Source: Alphaproteobacteria bacterium (lineage in GTDB: Bacteria > Pseudomonadota > Alphaproteobacteria > GCA-2731375). Taken from it: DNA of 64,000 nucleotides. The stretch lies in the NCBI GenBank assembly GCA_965232515.1, contig CBDDPY010000002.1, positions 5,216,001-5,280,000 on the forward strand, in the 5' to 3' direction. Below are positions 30,869 through 40,694 of this stretch, piece by piece. The translations under genes were made by a program, and so were the position numbers. Position 1 is the stretch's first letter. Each line of letters starts with the position of its first letter. The notes beneath the pieces are model-generated. The model was given only the letters and a program-made list of their open reading frames with translations, was not told where the DNA came from and ran no database searches.

Positions 30869-31100
30869 GGTCTGGCCTCCTTTCCCCATGGTCCCGTGCT
30901 TTGGCGCGCTTATCGGCGTGGCTTCGGGACCGGCAGCCATGACGGCGGTGCCTTCACCGCAAACCGGCATCGTTCCACCCGGTGGATCAACGGTCAACCT
31001 TGCCGGCAGCCCACTGGCGGCAACGTGATCGGGCGGAAAGGCCTTCACGCGATGCGCGTTTCGCGCTTTGATCGCCGCCTGGCATTCGGGAGGAACGGCC

Positions 31101-31463
31101 ATGTCTCAATCCCAGCCCACGCTGTTCGCCGGCGCCGAGCCCTGGCGCGCGACGCTCGACGAGGCCCGCGCGACGCCGCTGTCGGAGGGCCGGGCCAGCG
31201 CGCTGTTGATGCAGCACGGCAGCATGACCTTGCGCTACTACGCCCCGCGCGGCAGCGATCCGCAGCAGCCGCACGACCAGGACGAGGTCTATATCGTCGC
31301 CAACGGCAGCGGCACTTTCGTCAACGGCGACGACCGCGTGCCGTTCGGCCCTGGCGACGTATTGTTCGCGGCGGCCGGCGCCGTGCATCGGTTCGAGGAT
31401 TTCAGCGACGACTTCGAGACCTGGGTCGTGTTTTATGGACCGCAAGGCGGCGAAGGCGTCTAG
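31101..31463 (+). CDS. Cupin domain protein
   Basis: QQPHDQDEVYIV...GDVLFAAAGAVHRF; GGAGG RBS. Confidence 0.87.
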   Translation: MSQSQPTLFAGAEPWRATLDEARATPLSEGRASALLMQHGSMTLRYYAPRGSDPQQPHDQDEVYIVANGSGTFVNGDDRVPFGPGDVLFAAAGAVHRFEDFSDDFETWVVFYGPQGGEGV

Positions 31464-31484
31464 GGCGGATAGCGAGGAGAGATC

Positions 31485-32264
31485 GTGATGGTTGTTTTGT
31501 ATGAAGTGGCATTGTCGCCCTATGCGCAGAAGGTGAAGATCGCGCTGATCGAGAAGGGCATCGATTTCGAGGCGCGGGTCGCCCAGCTCGGCGGCGACGA
31601 TCAGGACCTGGCGCGAGCCAATCCGCGCGGCGAGGTGCCGGCGCTGCTCGACGGCGAGGCCTGCATCTTCGATTCCAGCATCATCCTCGAATATCTCGAG
31701 GACAAGTGGCCGACGCCGCCGCTGCTGCCAGCCGCCGCTGCCGACCGCGCCCGCGTGCGCATGATCGAGGAGGTCTGCGACAGCCAGTTCGAGGCCGCCT
31801 GCTGGGGCATGACCGAGCTGCTGGTCTTCAAGCGCGCCGAGGGCGAGACGGCGAAGGCGATGCAGGCCCAGGCCGCGAAGGACGTCGGCGCGATCTGCGG
31901 CTGGCTCGAGCGCCAGCTCGGCGGCCGCGACTATTTCAACGGCGCTGATTTCGGCTTCGGCGACATCGCCGTGTTCCCCTACCTGCAGATCGCGTCGCTT
32001 TACAAGCTCGGTCCGGCCGAGAGCAGTGCGCTCGCCGCCTGGCTCGACCGTGTCCGCGCCCGCGACAGCGTGCAACGCGCGATCGCCGATGCAAAGGCCG
32101 CGCTCGACGGTCTCCGCGCCGTCGCCGGCAAGATCATGTCGGGCGAGGCGCAACGGCAATACCGCGACCACCGCCTGGAATGGATGGTCCGCGCCGGCGG
32201 CCTCGACGTCGTCCGGCAAGGCATGGACAACGGCACCATCCGCTTCTCGACCCCGCCGTCCTAA
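31485..32264 (+). CDS. Glutathione S-transferase family protein
   Basis: LYEVALSPYAQKVKIAL, NPRGEVPAL, FDSSIILEYLE, C-terminal RQYRDHRLEWM. Confidence 0.9.
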   Translation: MMVVLYEVALSPYAQKVKIALIEKGIDFEARVAQLGGDDQDLARANPRGEVPALLDGEACIFDSSIILEYLEDKWPTPPLLPAAAADRARVRMIEEVCDSQFEAACWGMTELLVFKRAEGETAKAMQAQAAKDVGAICGWLERQLGGRDYFNGADFGFGDIAVFPYLQIASLYKLGPAESSALAAWLDRVRARDSVQRAIADAKAALDGLRAVAGKIMSGEAQRQYRDHRLEWMVRAGGLDVVRQGMDNGTIRFSTPPS

Positions 32265-32296
32265 GGCCGGGAGCTTTACGGCGACCCATCACAAGT

Positions 32297-32383
32297 CGTC
32301 ATGCTGGCGAAGGCCAGCATCCAGCGGCTTTAACGCTTAATTGAGCGGCAACGAAATGGATCCTGGCCTTCGCCAGGATGACG
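32297..32383. repeat. Inverted pair of CGTC-tagged REP-like palindromes
   Basis: CGTCATGCTGGCGAAGGCCAGCATCCAG ... TGGATCCTGGCCTTCGCCAGGATGACG. Confidence 0.78.
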
Positions 32384-32406
32384 ATCGTTCAATTTCCCAT
32401 TCAAAT

Positions 32407-32442
32407 ATTTCCATTTGGAATTATTCCATTTGGAATTATAAT
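32407..32442 (+). promoter_or_regulatory. Tandem palindromic operator overlapping the marR-P450 promoter
   Basis: TTCCATTTGGAA at 32409-32420 and 32424-32435, immediately followed by TATAAT at 32437-32442. Confidence 0.7.
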
Positions 32443-32462
32443 GGGCCGACACGGAGAAACGC

Positions 32463-32924
32463 GTGGACGCGCTCAAGCTCGATGAATTGCTGCCTTATCT
32501 CGTGAACCGGCTCGGGCCCAAGGTCGAGGCCGGCTTCGCGGGGCCACTGCGGGCGAACGGCATTACGCTGCCCATGTGGCGGGTGCTGGCGGTGCTGCGG
32601 GTATCGGGGCCGCAGGGCTTGAACGATCTCGGCGCCGGCACCAGCCTGCCCTTGTCGACGCTTTCGCGCCTGGTCGGCGACATGGTCTCGCGCGGCCTGT
32701 TGAGCCGCGTCCGCAAGCCGGACGACGCCCGTGCGGTCGAGGTGGATCTGACCGAGCATGGCCGCGCCGTCGCCGATGCCGTGACGCCGCTGGCGCGGCA
32801 CTACGAGACCGTCATGGCCCGCGGGTTTGCACCGGCGGAGTTGGCCGAGCTCCGGCGTCTGCTGATCAAGCTCTACGCCAATATGGATGGCATCGAGACG
32901 ACTTGGCGAGCGGCCGCCGAGTAG
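32463..32924 (+). CDS. MarR family transcriptional regulator
   Basis: LPYLVNR, MWRVLAVL, STLSRLVGDM, DDARAVEVDLTEHG. Confidence 0.9.
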   Translation: MDALKLDELLPYLVNRLGPKVEAGFAGPLRANGITLPMWRVLAVLRVSGPQGLNDLGAGTSLPLSTLSRLVGDMVSRGLLSRVRKPDDARAVEVDLTEHGRAVADAVTPLARHYETVMARGFAPAELAELRRLLIKLYANMDGIETTWRAAAE

Positions 32925-32953
32925 CGCCGCCGACCGCCGGGAGGGAGAAACCA

Positions 32954-34162
32954 ATGGCGCTCACCGAAGAAACCCGTCGGTTCGACATCTACGATCTGAC
33001 GAGAGAATTCCTCGACGACCCGTTCCCGACCTACCACTGGCTGCGCGAGACCGACTCCGTGCACCGCAACAAGGACGGCACCTACTACATCACGCGCTAT
33101 GACGATGTGACGCGGGTCTACCGCACCAAGTCGATGACCTCGGACAAGACCGAGATGTATGTCGCCAAATTCGGCGAGGGGCCGCTGTTGGAGCAGCACA
33201 CCAATTCGATGCTGTTCAGCGATCCGCCCAATCACACGCGCATCCGCCGGCTGGTGGCGCACGCCTTCACGCCGCGCGCCATGCAGGTGCTGGAGCACCG
33301 CGTCATCGAGCTGGTCGACCGGCTGCTGAACGATTGCGCCGCCAACGGCGGCATGGACCTGATCAAGGATTTCGCCTTCGCGCTGCCGGTCGAGGTGGTT
33401 TGCGCAATGCTCGGCATTCCGCCGGCCGAGCGCGAGCCGCTGCAGCGCTGGTCGAACGCCATCCTGACGCCGCTGGAGCCGGTGGCGACGCCCGAGATGA
33501 TCGCCAAGGGCAATGAGGCGGTGACCGAGTTCAAGGCCTACCTGAAGGATGTGCTGGCCGATCGTCGCCAGCATCCGGAACGCTATGGCGAGGACGTCAT
33601 GGCCGAGCTGCTGGCGGCCGAGGAGGACGGCGACCGGCTGAGCGAAACCGAACTGGTGCAGAACTGCATCTTCCTGCTGAACGCCGGCCACGAGACTACG
33701 ACCAACCTGGTCGGCAACGGCGTCAACGCGCTGCTAGACTTTCCCGACCAGCTCAAGCGCCTGCAGCAACAGCCCGAGCTGATCGACAGCGCCATCGAGG
33801 AAATGCTGCGTTTCGACAGTCCGCTGCAGATCGGCAACCGCGGCGTCTCGGAAACGATCGAGATCGGTGGCGTCACCATGCCACCCGGCACCCAGATCAT
33901 GACCTCGATCGGCGGCGCCAACCGCGATCCCGCCCAGTTCCCGGAGCCCGACCGCTTCGACATCGCCCGCACGCCGAACCGCCACGTCGCCTTCGCCGCC
34001 GGCATCCACGCCTGCCTCGGCGCGCCGCTCGCCCGCATGGAGGGCCGCATCGCCATCGGCCAACTGGTCGAGCGCTTCCCCGACCTGCGCCGCGCCGGCG
34101 ACATCGTCCGCGGCGGCCGCGCCCGCTTCCGCGGCCTCGCTTCGCTGCCGGTCGCGGTTTGA
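32954..34162 (+). CDS. Cytochrome P450
   Basis: DPPNHTRIR, AGHETT I-helix, EEMLR (ExxR), ANRDP, FAAGIHACLG heme-thiolate motif. Confidence 0.95.
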   Translation: MALTEETRRFDIYDLTREFLDDPFPTYHWLRETDSVHRNKDGTYYITRYDDVTRVYRTKSMTSDKTEMYVAKFGEGPLLEQHTNSMLFSDPPNHTRIRRLVAHAFTPRAMQVLEHRVIELVDRLLNDCAANGGMDLIKDFAFALPVEVVCAMLGIPPAEREPLQRWSNAILTPLEPVATPEMIAKGNEAVTEFKAYLKDVLADRRQHPERYGEDVMAELLAAEEDGDRLSETELVQNCIFLLNAGHETTTNLVGNGVNALLDFPDQLKRLQQQPELIDSAIEEMLRFDSPLQIGNRGVSETIEIGGVTMPPGTQIMTSIGGANRDPAQFPEPDRFDIARTPNRHVAFAAGIHACLGAPLARMEGRIAIGQLVERFPDLRRAGDIVRGGRARFRGLASLPVAV

Positions 34163-34188
34163 GGGTCACGTCGGCACGCGATGGCCGA

Positions 34189-34300
34189 CCCTTCGAGACG
34201 CGGCTTCGCCGCTCCTCAGGGTGAGGTTCGGCCCTGCTATCAAGCCTCAGCCTCATGTTGAGGAGGGCCCGAAGGGGCCGTCTCGAAACATGCGATATCG
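34189..34300. repeat. Inverted pair of second-family REP-like elements
   Basis: CCCTTCGAGACG..GCTCCTCAGGGTGAGG and CCTCATGTTGAGGAGGGCCCGAAGGGGCCGTCTCGAAACATGCGATATCG; related copies at 57013-57059 and 58269-58319. Confidence 0.75.
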
Positions 34301-34323
34301 GGCTCGGCGGTTGACGTGCGCCG

Positions 34324-35226
34324 CTACGCCATCGCGTCCGCATACGCGCCGCCAGCGGCCAACAACCAGTCGCGGAAGGCAGTGACGCGGTCGTCGCTGG
34401 CTGCGGCCTTGCGGTAGAGCAGGTAGATCGAGCGGCCGCCGGGGACGAAGCCGAAGGGGGCGGCGAGGCGGCCGGCGGCGAGGTCGTCGGCGACCAGCGG
34501 GTGCGGGCCGATGGCGACGCCGAAGCCGGTGGCGGCGGCTTGCAGTAGGAAATAGAAGGTCTCGAAGCGCTGCTCGGCGACCGGCCGCACGACCGGCGCG
34601 CCGCCCGCCGCGAACCAGTCGGTCCAGGCCGAGGGCCGTGATTCCGTGTGCAGCCAGGTCTGATTGGCCAGCTTTCCAGGGTCCGTGAGGCCGCCGCCTG
34701 CGACCAGTCCCGGCGTGCAGACCGGCCCGATCAGTTCCTCCATGAACGGCTCGGCCGCGATGTCGCGGTCGGCCTCGTCGCGGTCGGCGCGGATCATCAG
34801 ATCGACATCGGTGCGCTGAAACGGCAGCGGCGTGTCGGGCGCCGACAACCGCACCTCGATGTCGGGATGCCGGGCCGCGAAATCATGCAGCCGCGGCATC
34901 AGCCAGCGCATGCTGAAGGTGGCGATGCACGACACGACGAGGGGTCGCTTCGTCGCCGCGACGCGCGCCTCGTTGGCGCCCATCTCCAGCACGTCGAAAG
35001 CGCCGCGCACCCGGGCATAGAGCGCCTCGCCCGCCGGGGTCAGCTCGATGCGCCGGTGCAGCCGCCGGAACACCGGCACGCCAAGATCGGCCTCCAACGC
35101 CTTCACCTGCCGGCTAACCGCGCCATGGGTGACCAGCAACTCGTCCGCAGCCGCGCTCAGGCTGATATGCCGGGCCGCGGCCTCGAAGGCGCGCAAGGCG
35201 TTCAGCGGCGGCAGACGTCGGCGCAT
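34324..35226 (-). CDS. LysR family regulator (GcvA-like)
   Basis: MRRRLPPLNALRAFEAAARH...VTHGAVSRQVKALE, WLMPRL. Confidence 0.92.
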   Translation of the reverse strand: MRRRLPPLNALRAFEAAARHISLSAAADELLVTHGAVSRQVKALEADLGVPVFRRLHRRIELTPAGEALYARVRGAFDVLEMGANEARVAATKRPLVVSCIATFSMRWLMPRLHDFAARHPDIEVRLSAPDTPLPFQRTDVDLMIRADRDEADRDIAAEPFMEELIGPVCTPGLVAGGGLTDPGKLANQTWLHTESRPSAWTDWFAAGGAPVVRPVAEQRFETFYFLLQAAATGFGVAIGPHPLVADDLAAGRLAAPFGFVPGGRSIYLLYRKAAASDDRVTAFRDWLLAAGGAYADAMA

Positions 35227-35322
35227 CGGTCACTCGATTTGTATGAGTTTTTTTCACACGATACTGGAAGAGAACTCCTTTGTCATAGCTATTTAGACCG
35301 GCGTAATCTGAACTCAGCTCTT

Positions 35323-36546
35323 ATGGAGGCTGAGATTCGCAAGCCCACGCATATGGTCATGGCGGTCTGCGCGGCGCAGGCTATGGGCGCCAGCGGCACG
35401 ATGTATTTCCCCGCGCTGCTGCCGGCCTTTCAGGCGGAATGGCAGCTCAGCAACGTCGAGGCGGGCTGGATCACCGGCGTGTTCTATGCCGGCTATGCCG
35501 CCGCGGTGCCGGTGCTGGTCAGCCTGACCGACCGTATCGACGCGCGGCAGATCTTTCTGTTCTCCTGTGCCGCCGGTGCCGCCGCCATGCTGGGCTTTGC
35601 CTTTTTCGCCGACGGCGCCTGGAGCGCGGCGCTCTGGCGTTTGCTGGCCGGCATCGGTTTCGCCGCCGCCTACATGCCGGGCGCGCGGGCCTTGAGCGAC
35701 CGGCTGGACGGCGCCGCCCAGGTGCGGGCCGTCGCCATCTACACCGCGTTCTCGGCCGTCGGTTCTGCGGCCTCGGTCGGACTCGCCGGTCTGCTCGCCG
35801 CCCTGTTGGGCTGGCGGTGGGGGGCGGCCGCGACCGCGATCGGACCACTGCTGGCGGCTGCCTCCTTCGCCGCCGTGGTGGCGCCTAAACCACTCGCGTT
35901 CGCGGCCGACGGCCGGCTGCGCGACGTTTTCGACATCCGCCGCGTGCTACGCAATCGGCCGGCCGTCGGCTATATGCTGGCCTATGCCGTGCACAGCTTC
36001 GAGCTGTTCGGCTACCGCGCCTGGTTGGTCGCGTTCCTGGCCGCCAGCCTCGCGCTCCAGCCGGCGAACGCGCTGCCGCTCGGCGCGCCGCTGGTGGCGA
36101 CCGTGATCATGCTGGCCGGCGTGCCGGCGAGCATCCTCGGCAACGAGGGTGCCATGCGCTGGGGCCGGCGCCGTGCGATCACCGCCTATGTCGGTCTGAC
36201 GGCGCTGATCGGCTGCGCGCTCGGCTTCGGCCTGACCTGGCCGTTCGCGATCGTCGCCGGCCTGGCGCTGGTCTACGGCATGGCGACCATGCTCGACAGC
36301 GGTTCGCTCACCGCCGGTCTGGTCGCCTCGGCCAACGAAGCCGAACGTGGCGTGACCATGGCGATGCATTCCTTCCTCGGCTTCGGCGCCGGCCTGTTGG
36401 CGCCGCTCGCCTTCGGCGCCGTGCTTGACGTGGCCGGCACCGGCAGCCTCGGCTGGGGGTTGGCTTTCGGCGGCCTCGCGCTCACGGCGCTGACCGGTCC
36501 GCTCTGGCTGCGCCTGTTCGGTTCCGGAAAAGGTCGATACGCATGA
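35323..36546 (+). CDS. MFS transporter
   Basis: About 12 hydrophobic segments, SLTDRIDAR motif A; divergent from the LysR gene. Confidence 0.85.
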   Translation: MEAEIRKPTHMVMAVCAAQAMGASGTMYFPALLPAFQAEWQLSNVEAGWITGVFYAGYAAAVPVLVSLTDRIDARQIFLFSCAAGAAAMLGFAFFADGAWSAALWRLLAGIGFAAAYMPGARALSDRLDGAAQVRAVAIYTAFSAVGSAASVGLAGLLAALLGWRWGAAATAIGPLLAAASFAAVVAPKPLAFAADGRLRDVFDIRRVLRNRPAVGYMLAYAVHSFELFGYRAWLVAFLAASLALQPANALPLGAPLVATVIMLAGVPASILGNEGAMRWGRRRAITAYVGLTALIGCALGFGLTWPFAIVAGLALVYGMATMLDSGSLTAGLVASANEAERGVTMAMHSFLGFGAGLLAPLAFGAVLDVAGTGSLGWGLAFGGLALTALTGPLWLRLFGSGKGRYA

Positions 36547-37079
36547 CCCAGGACACCATCGTCATCCGCGACAGCCGCGACGACGACATCGCCGCGATCC
36601 ACGAGATCTACGCGCATCACGTGCTGACCGGCACGGCCTCGTTCGAGCTGACAGCGCCGGATGCCGCGGAAATCGCGCGCCGGCGCGAGGCGACGCTTGC
36701 CGCCGGCTATCCCTATTTCGTCGCCGAGATCGACGGCCGTATCGCCGGCTACACCTACGCCGGCCCCTACCGGCCGCGCCCGGCCTACCGAGACACTGTG
36801 GAGAACTCGGTCTACGTCGCCGACTGGGCGCAGCGCCGCGGCGTCGCCCGGGCGCTGCTCAAGGCCCTGATCGCCGCCTGCGAGGCCGCCGGCCGCCGGC
36901 AGATGATCGCCGTCATCGGCGACAGCGCGCACACCGCCTCGATCCGTCTTCACGAGACGCTCGGCTTTGCCCATGTCGGTGTGCTTCGCAGCGTCGGCTA
37001 CAAGCACGACCGCTGGCTCGACAGCGTGCTCATGCAGCGCACCCTCGGCCTCGGCGACACGGTGCCGCCGACCGTCTAG
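36543..37079 (+). CDS. GNAT N-acetyltransferase (phosphinothricin/methionine sulfoximine acetyltransferase family)
   Basis: TASFE, RPAYRDTVENSVYV, ASIRLHETLGF, VGYKHDRWLD. Confidence 0.88.
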   Translation: MTQDTIVIRDSRDDDIAAIHEIYAHHVLTGTASFELTAPDAAEIARRREATLAAGYPYFVAEIDGRIAGYTYAGPYRPRPAYRDTVENSVYVADWAQRRGVARALLKALIAACEAAGRRQMIAVIGDSAHTASIRLHETLGFAHVGVLRSVGYKHDRWLDSVLMQRTLGLGDTVPPTV

Positions 37080-37262
37080 AGCACGGGGTTTTGCGGGCGC
37101 CCCGCGCTTATTGGCCGCCTTGCCCTTGTGGCTTGACCGGATTCTCGGCGGCGATCTATTGTAAAGAAATATTTTTACGCGCGGTAAGATTTTGAGGCCG
37201 TTGTCGTCAAGATCGTCTGCGCGATCGATCGGCGCGCGGCGCGAGTTTCGGGAGGTGGCGGC

Positions 37263-38294
37263 ATGGATGGGCGCAAGATCAAGAACATGGAGGAGTTCGC
37301 CGCCGTCAGCGGGATTTCCCGGCCGACCGTCTCGAAGTACTTCAACGATCCCGACAGTGTCCGTGCCTCGACGCGCAAACGCATAGAGGCGGCGCTGGCG
37401 GACTACGACTATCGCCCGAACATCTTCGCGATGAACCAGAATCGCCGCCTGACAAAGAATGTCGGAATCGTTGTCCCGTATCTGGCCGACCCGTTCTTTG
37501 CCGAGATCGCGCGAAATCTGGAACGTCGCTGCATCGACGCCGGCTTCTCGCCAATACTTTTCAGCTCCCACGGCGTGCCCGCCTACGAGAGCGACATTCT
37601 GGACAGCCTCCGTTCGCTGAAGCCGGCCGGCGTGCTTTTGGCGCCGCTCGGGCGCACCTCCAAGCGTGACGCGCTGGAGAAGTTCTGCGCCGACGTGCCG
37701 ACGGTCCTGTTCGACAGCTATGTCGAAGAGGTCGGCGACGTGTTCATCGGCTCGAACAACCAGCAGAGTATTGCCTTGATCGTGGAATATCTCAGCCGGA
37801 CCGGCGAGCCGCCGTGCTTCTTCGAGATGGAGACGCCGGTGAACCCGAACGCGAAACGGCGCCGGGCCGCCTATCTGGCCGCCATGGAAAGCCTCGGCCA
37901 TGCGCCGCGCATCTTTCAGGCCAAAGGCATGGACTGGGACTTCGAGAACATCGGCTACGTCGAGGGCATGCGCGCGCTTTCCGAGGGCGCCTTTTCGACG
38001 AATACGATTCTGTGCAGCAACGATCGTCTCGCCATCGGCGTCCTCGCGGCGGCGTATCACAAGGGATTGCGCGTGGGGCGGGGGCATGGGCATGCCCTGC
38101 GGATCGCCGGGCACGACGATCATCCGTTTTCACGCTTCACCTGCCCGCCGCTGACCACAGTATCGCAGGACTATGCCGCGATCGCCGAGCGCAGCGTGGA
38201 GACGCTGTTCGAGGTCATCGAGTCCGGCGCGCGCGGCATCTCGCACAAGACGACGTTCTTCGACGGCCAGTTGGTGATGCGGGAGTCGGCATAG
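37263..38294 (+). CDS. LacI family regulator of the polyol operon (SmoC-like position)
   Basis: SGISRPTVSKYFN HTH, CSNDRLAIG, GHDD...PPLTTV. Confidence 0.9.
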   Translation: MDGRKIKNMEEFAAVSGISRPTVSKYFNDPDSVRASTRKRIEAALADYDYRPNIFAMNQNRRLTKNVGIVVPYLADPFFAEIARNLERRCIDAGFSPILFSSHGVPAYESDILDSLRSLKPAGVLLAPLGRTSKRDALEKFCADVPTVLFDSYVEEVGDVFIGSNNQQSIALIVEYLSRTGEPPCFFEMETPVNPNAKRRRAAYLAAMESLGHAPRIFQAKGMDWDFENIGYVEGMRALSEGAFSTNTILCSNDRLAIGVLAAAYHKGLRVGRGHGHALRIAGHDDHPFSRFTCPPLTTVSQDYAAIAERSVETLFEVIESGARGISHKTTFFDGQLVMRESA

Positions 38295-38312
38295 CCACCG
38301 TCGCATTCTGAT

Positions 38313-38366
38313 ATTTTACACGCGTAAAATTATTTCTTGACACGAAGTCAGGTAGGTTACTAGGCT
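38313..38366 (+). promoter_or_regulatory. LacI-type operator plus sigma70 promoter of the polyol operon
   Basis: ATTTTACACGCGTAAAAT palindrome (38313-38330), weaker copy TTTTACGCGCGGTAAGAT at 37173-37190, TTGACA at 38337-38342. Confidence 0.7.
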
Positions 38367-38398
38367 CCCTGAAACATCTAAGCAAAGGGAGGAAAAGC

Positions 38399-39700
38399 AT
38401 GCATTCGACGTCATCGTTCTGTGCGGCCACCGCCGTCGCCCTTCTCCTGGCGGGCGGCGCGCTGGCCGAGACCATCACGATCGCGACCGTGAACAACGGC
38501 GACATGATCCGCATGCAGGGTCTGGCCGACGACTTCACGGCCAAGACCGGCCATCAGGTCGAATGGGTCACGCTGGAAGAAAACGTGCTTCGCCAGCGGG
38601 TGACGCAGGACATCGCCACCAAGGGCGGTCAGTTCGACATCATGACGATCGGCATGTACGAAACGCCGATCTGGGGACGCCAGGGCTGGCTGGTGCCGCT
38701 CGACGATCTGCCCGCGTCCTATGACGTCGACGATATTCTTCCCGCGATGCGGGCCGGCCTCTCGGTCGATGGCACGCTCTATGCCGCGCCGTTCTACGGC
38801 GAAAGCTCGATGATCATGTATCGGACCGATCTCATGGATGCCGCCGGGCTGCAGATGCCAAAGGCGCCGACCTGGGATTTCGTCGCCGCGGCGGCCCGCA
38901 AGATCACCGACAGGGACAAGGAGATCTACGGCATCTGTCTGCGCGGCAAGGCCGGCTGGGGCGAGAACATGGCCTTCCTGACCGCCACCTCGAACGCCTT
39001 CGGCGCGCGCTGGTTCGACGAGGACTGGACGCCGCAGTTCGACAGTCCTGAATGGAAGCAGACGCTGACCTTCTACCTCGATCTGATGAACGATGCCGGC
39101 CCTCCGGGCGCCTCGACCAACGGCTTCAACGAAAACCTTTCGCTGTTCCAGCAGGGCAGGTGCGGCATGTGGATCGACGCCACGGTCGCCGCGTCCTTCG
39201 TGACCAACCCCAACGACTCGACCGTCGCCGACAAGGTCGGATTCGCGCTGGCGCCCGACACCGGCAAGGGCAAGCGCGGCAACTGGCTCTGGGCCTGGGC
39301 GCTGGCGATCCCGGCGGGTACGCAGAAAGAAGCCGCCGCGAAGGAGTTCATCCAATGGGCGACGTCGAAGGAATATCTCGAGCTCGTCGCCGCGAAGGAA
39401 GGCTGGGCCAACGTGCCCCCCGGCAGCCGGACCTCGCTTTACCAGAACCCGGAATACGCCAAGGTGCCGTTTGCCGCGATGACGCTCGACAGCATCAATG
39501 CGGCCGACCCGACCAATCCGACCGTGGAGCCCGTTCCCTATGTCGGCGTCCAGTTCGTGGCGATCCCTGAGTTCGCCGGCATCGCCACGCAGGTCGGTCA
39601 GGAATTCTCGGCCGCGCTCGCCGGTCAGCAGACCGCCGAGGAGGCGCTGGCGAAGGCGCAGGCGCTGACCGCCGAGGAGATGGAAGCCGCCGGCTACTGA
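38399..39700 (+). CDS. smoE: Sorbitol/mannitol ABC transporter substrate-binding protein
   Basis: TIATVNNGDMIRMQ, WVTLEENVLRQRVTQDIAT, APFYGESS, WLWAWAL, PVPYVGVQFVAIPEF. Confidence 0.9.
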   Translation: MHSTSSFCAATAVALLLAGGALAETITIATVNNGDMIRMQGLADDFTAKTGHQVEWVTLEENVLRQRVTQDIATKGGQFDIMTIGMYETPIWGRQGWLVPLDDLPASYDVDDILPAMRAGLSVDGTLYAAPFYGESSMIMYRTDLMDAAGLQMPKAPTWDFVAAAARKITDRDKEIYGICLRGKAGWGENMAFLTATSNAFGARWFDEDWTPQFDSPEWKQTLTFYLDLMNDAGPPGASTNGFNENLSLFQQGRCGMWIDATVAASFVTNPNDSTVADKVGFALAPDTGKGKRGNWLWAWALAIPAGTQKEAAAKEFIQWATSKEYLELVAAKEGWANVPPGSRTSLYQNPEYAKVPFAAMTLDSINAADPTNPTVEPVPYVGVQFVAIPEFAGIATQVGQEFSAALAGQQTAEEALAKAQALTAEEMEAAGY

Positions 39701-39815
39701 GGCGCGCCGCTTCGACCCGGAGGGCGGCCGCGACCGCCGCCCTCCGGGATTTCCCGACACCCGCGATACCATCCGTCCGAGACGGCGTGAGTCCGTCAAC
39801 AGAGGAGGTGTCTCC

Positions 39816-40682
39816 ATGGCGACCCAGCATTCCCGATCCGCCGCCAGACTGATGATGGCCCCCGCGGTCGTTCTGCTCCTGGGATGGATGCTCGTCCCGC
39901 TGACGATGACGCTGTACTTCTCGTTCAAGAAGTATCTGCCTCTGCGCGGCGGCGACCTGGGCTGGACGGGCTTCGACAACTATGTCCGCTTCGTCACCTC
40001 GAGCACTTTCTGGCCCAGCGTGCAAACCACGCTCGTCATCGTCGGCGGCGTGCTCCTGATCACCGTCGTTCTGGGCGTGCTGCTCGCCATCCTGCTCGAT
40101 CAGCCGATGTGGGGACGGGGCGCCGTCCGCATTCTCGTGATCGCCCCGTTCTTCGTGATGCCCACGGTTTCGGCGCTGGTCTGGAAGAATATGTTCATGG
40201 ACCCGGTGAACGGCTTGCTGGCGCATTTATGGAAATTCTTCGGCGCGCAGCCGGTCGAGTGGCTGAGCGACGCGTCGATATTCTCGATCGTTCTGATCGT
40301 GTCCTGGCAATGGCTGCCGTTTGCGACCCTGATCTTGCTGACCGCCATTCAGTCGCTCGACAGCGAGCAGCTCGAGGCCGCGGAGATGGACGGTGCGCCG
40401 CCGCTTTCCCGCTTCGGGTTCATCATCCTGCCGCATCTCAGCCGGGCCATCACTATCGTCATCCTGATCCAGACGATCTTCCTGTTGTCGATCTTCGCCG
40501 AGATTTTCGTCACTACCGGCGGCGCCTTCGGCACCCGCACGCTGACCTACCTGATCTTCCAGCGCGTGCTGGAAAGCCAGAATGTCGGGCTCGGCTCGGC
40601 GGGCGGGGTCTACGCCATCATCCTGGCCAATATCGTCGCGATCTTCCTGATGCGCATCGTCGGCAAGAACCTGGACAGGTGA
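39816..40682 (+). CDS. smoF: Sorbitol/mannitol ABC permease
   Basis: PLTMTLYFS, WQWLPFA, EAAEMDGA loop. Confidence 0.88.
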   Translation: MATQHSRSAARLMMAPAVVLLLGWMLVPLTMTLYFSFKKYLPLRGGDLGWTGFDNYVRFVTSSTFWPSVQTTLVIVGGVLLITVVLGVLLAILLDQPMWGRGAVRILVIAPFFVMPTVSALVWKNMFMDPVNGLLAHLWKFFGAQPVEWLSDASIFSIVLIVSWQWLPFATLILLTAIQSLDSEQLEAAEMDGAPPLSRFGFIILPHLSRAITIVILIQTIFLLSIFAEIFVTTGGAFGTRTLTYLIFQRVLESQNVGLGSAGGVYAIILANIVAIFLMRIVGKNLDR

Positions 40683-40694
40683 GGAGGTAGGAAA

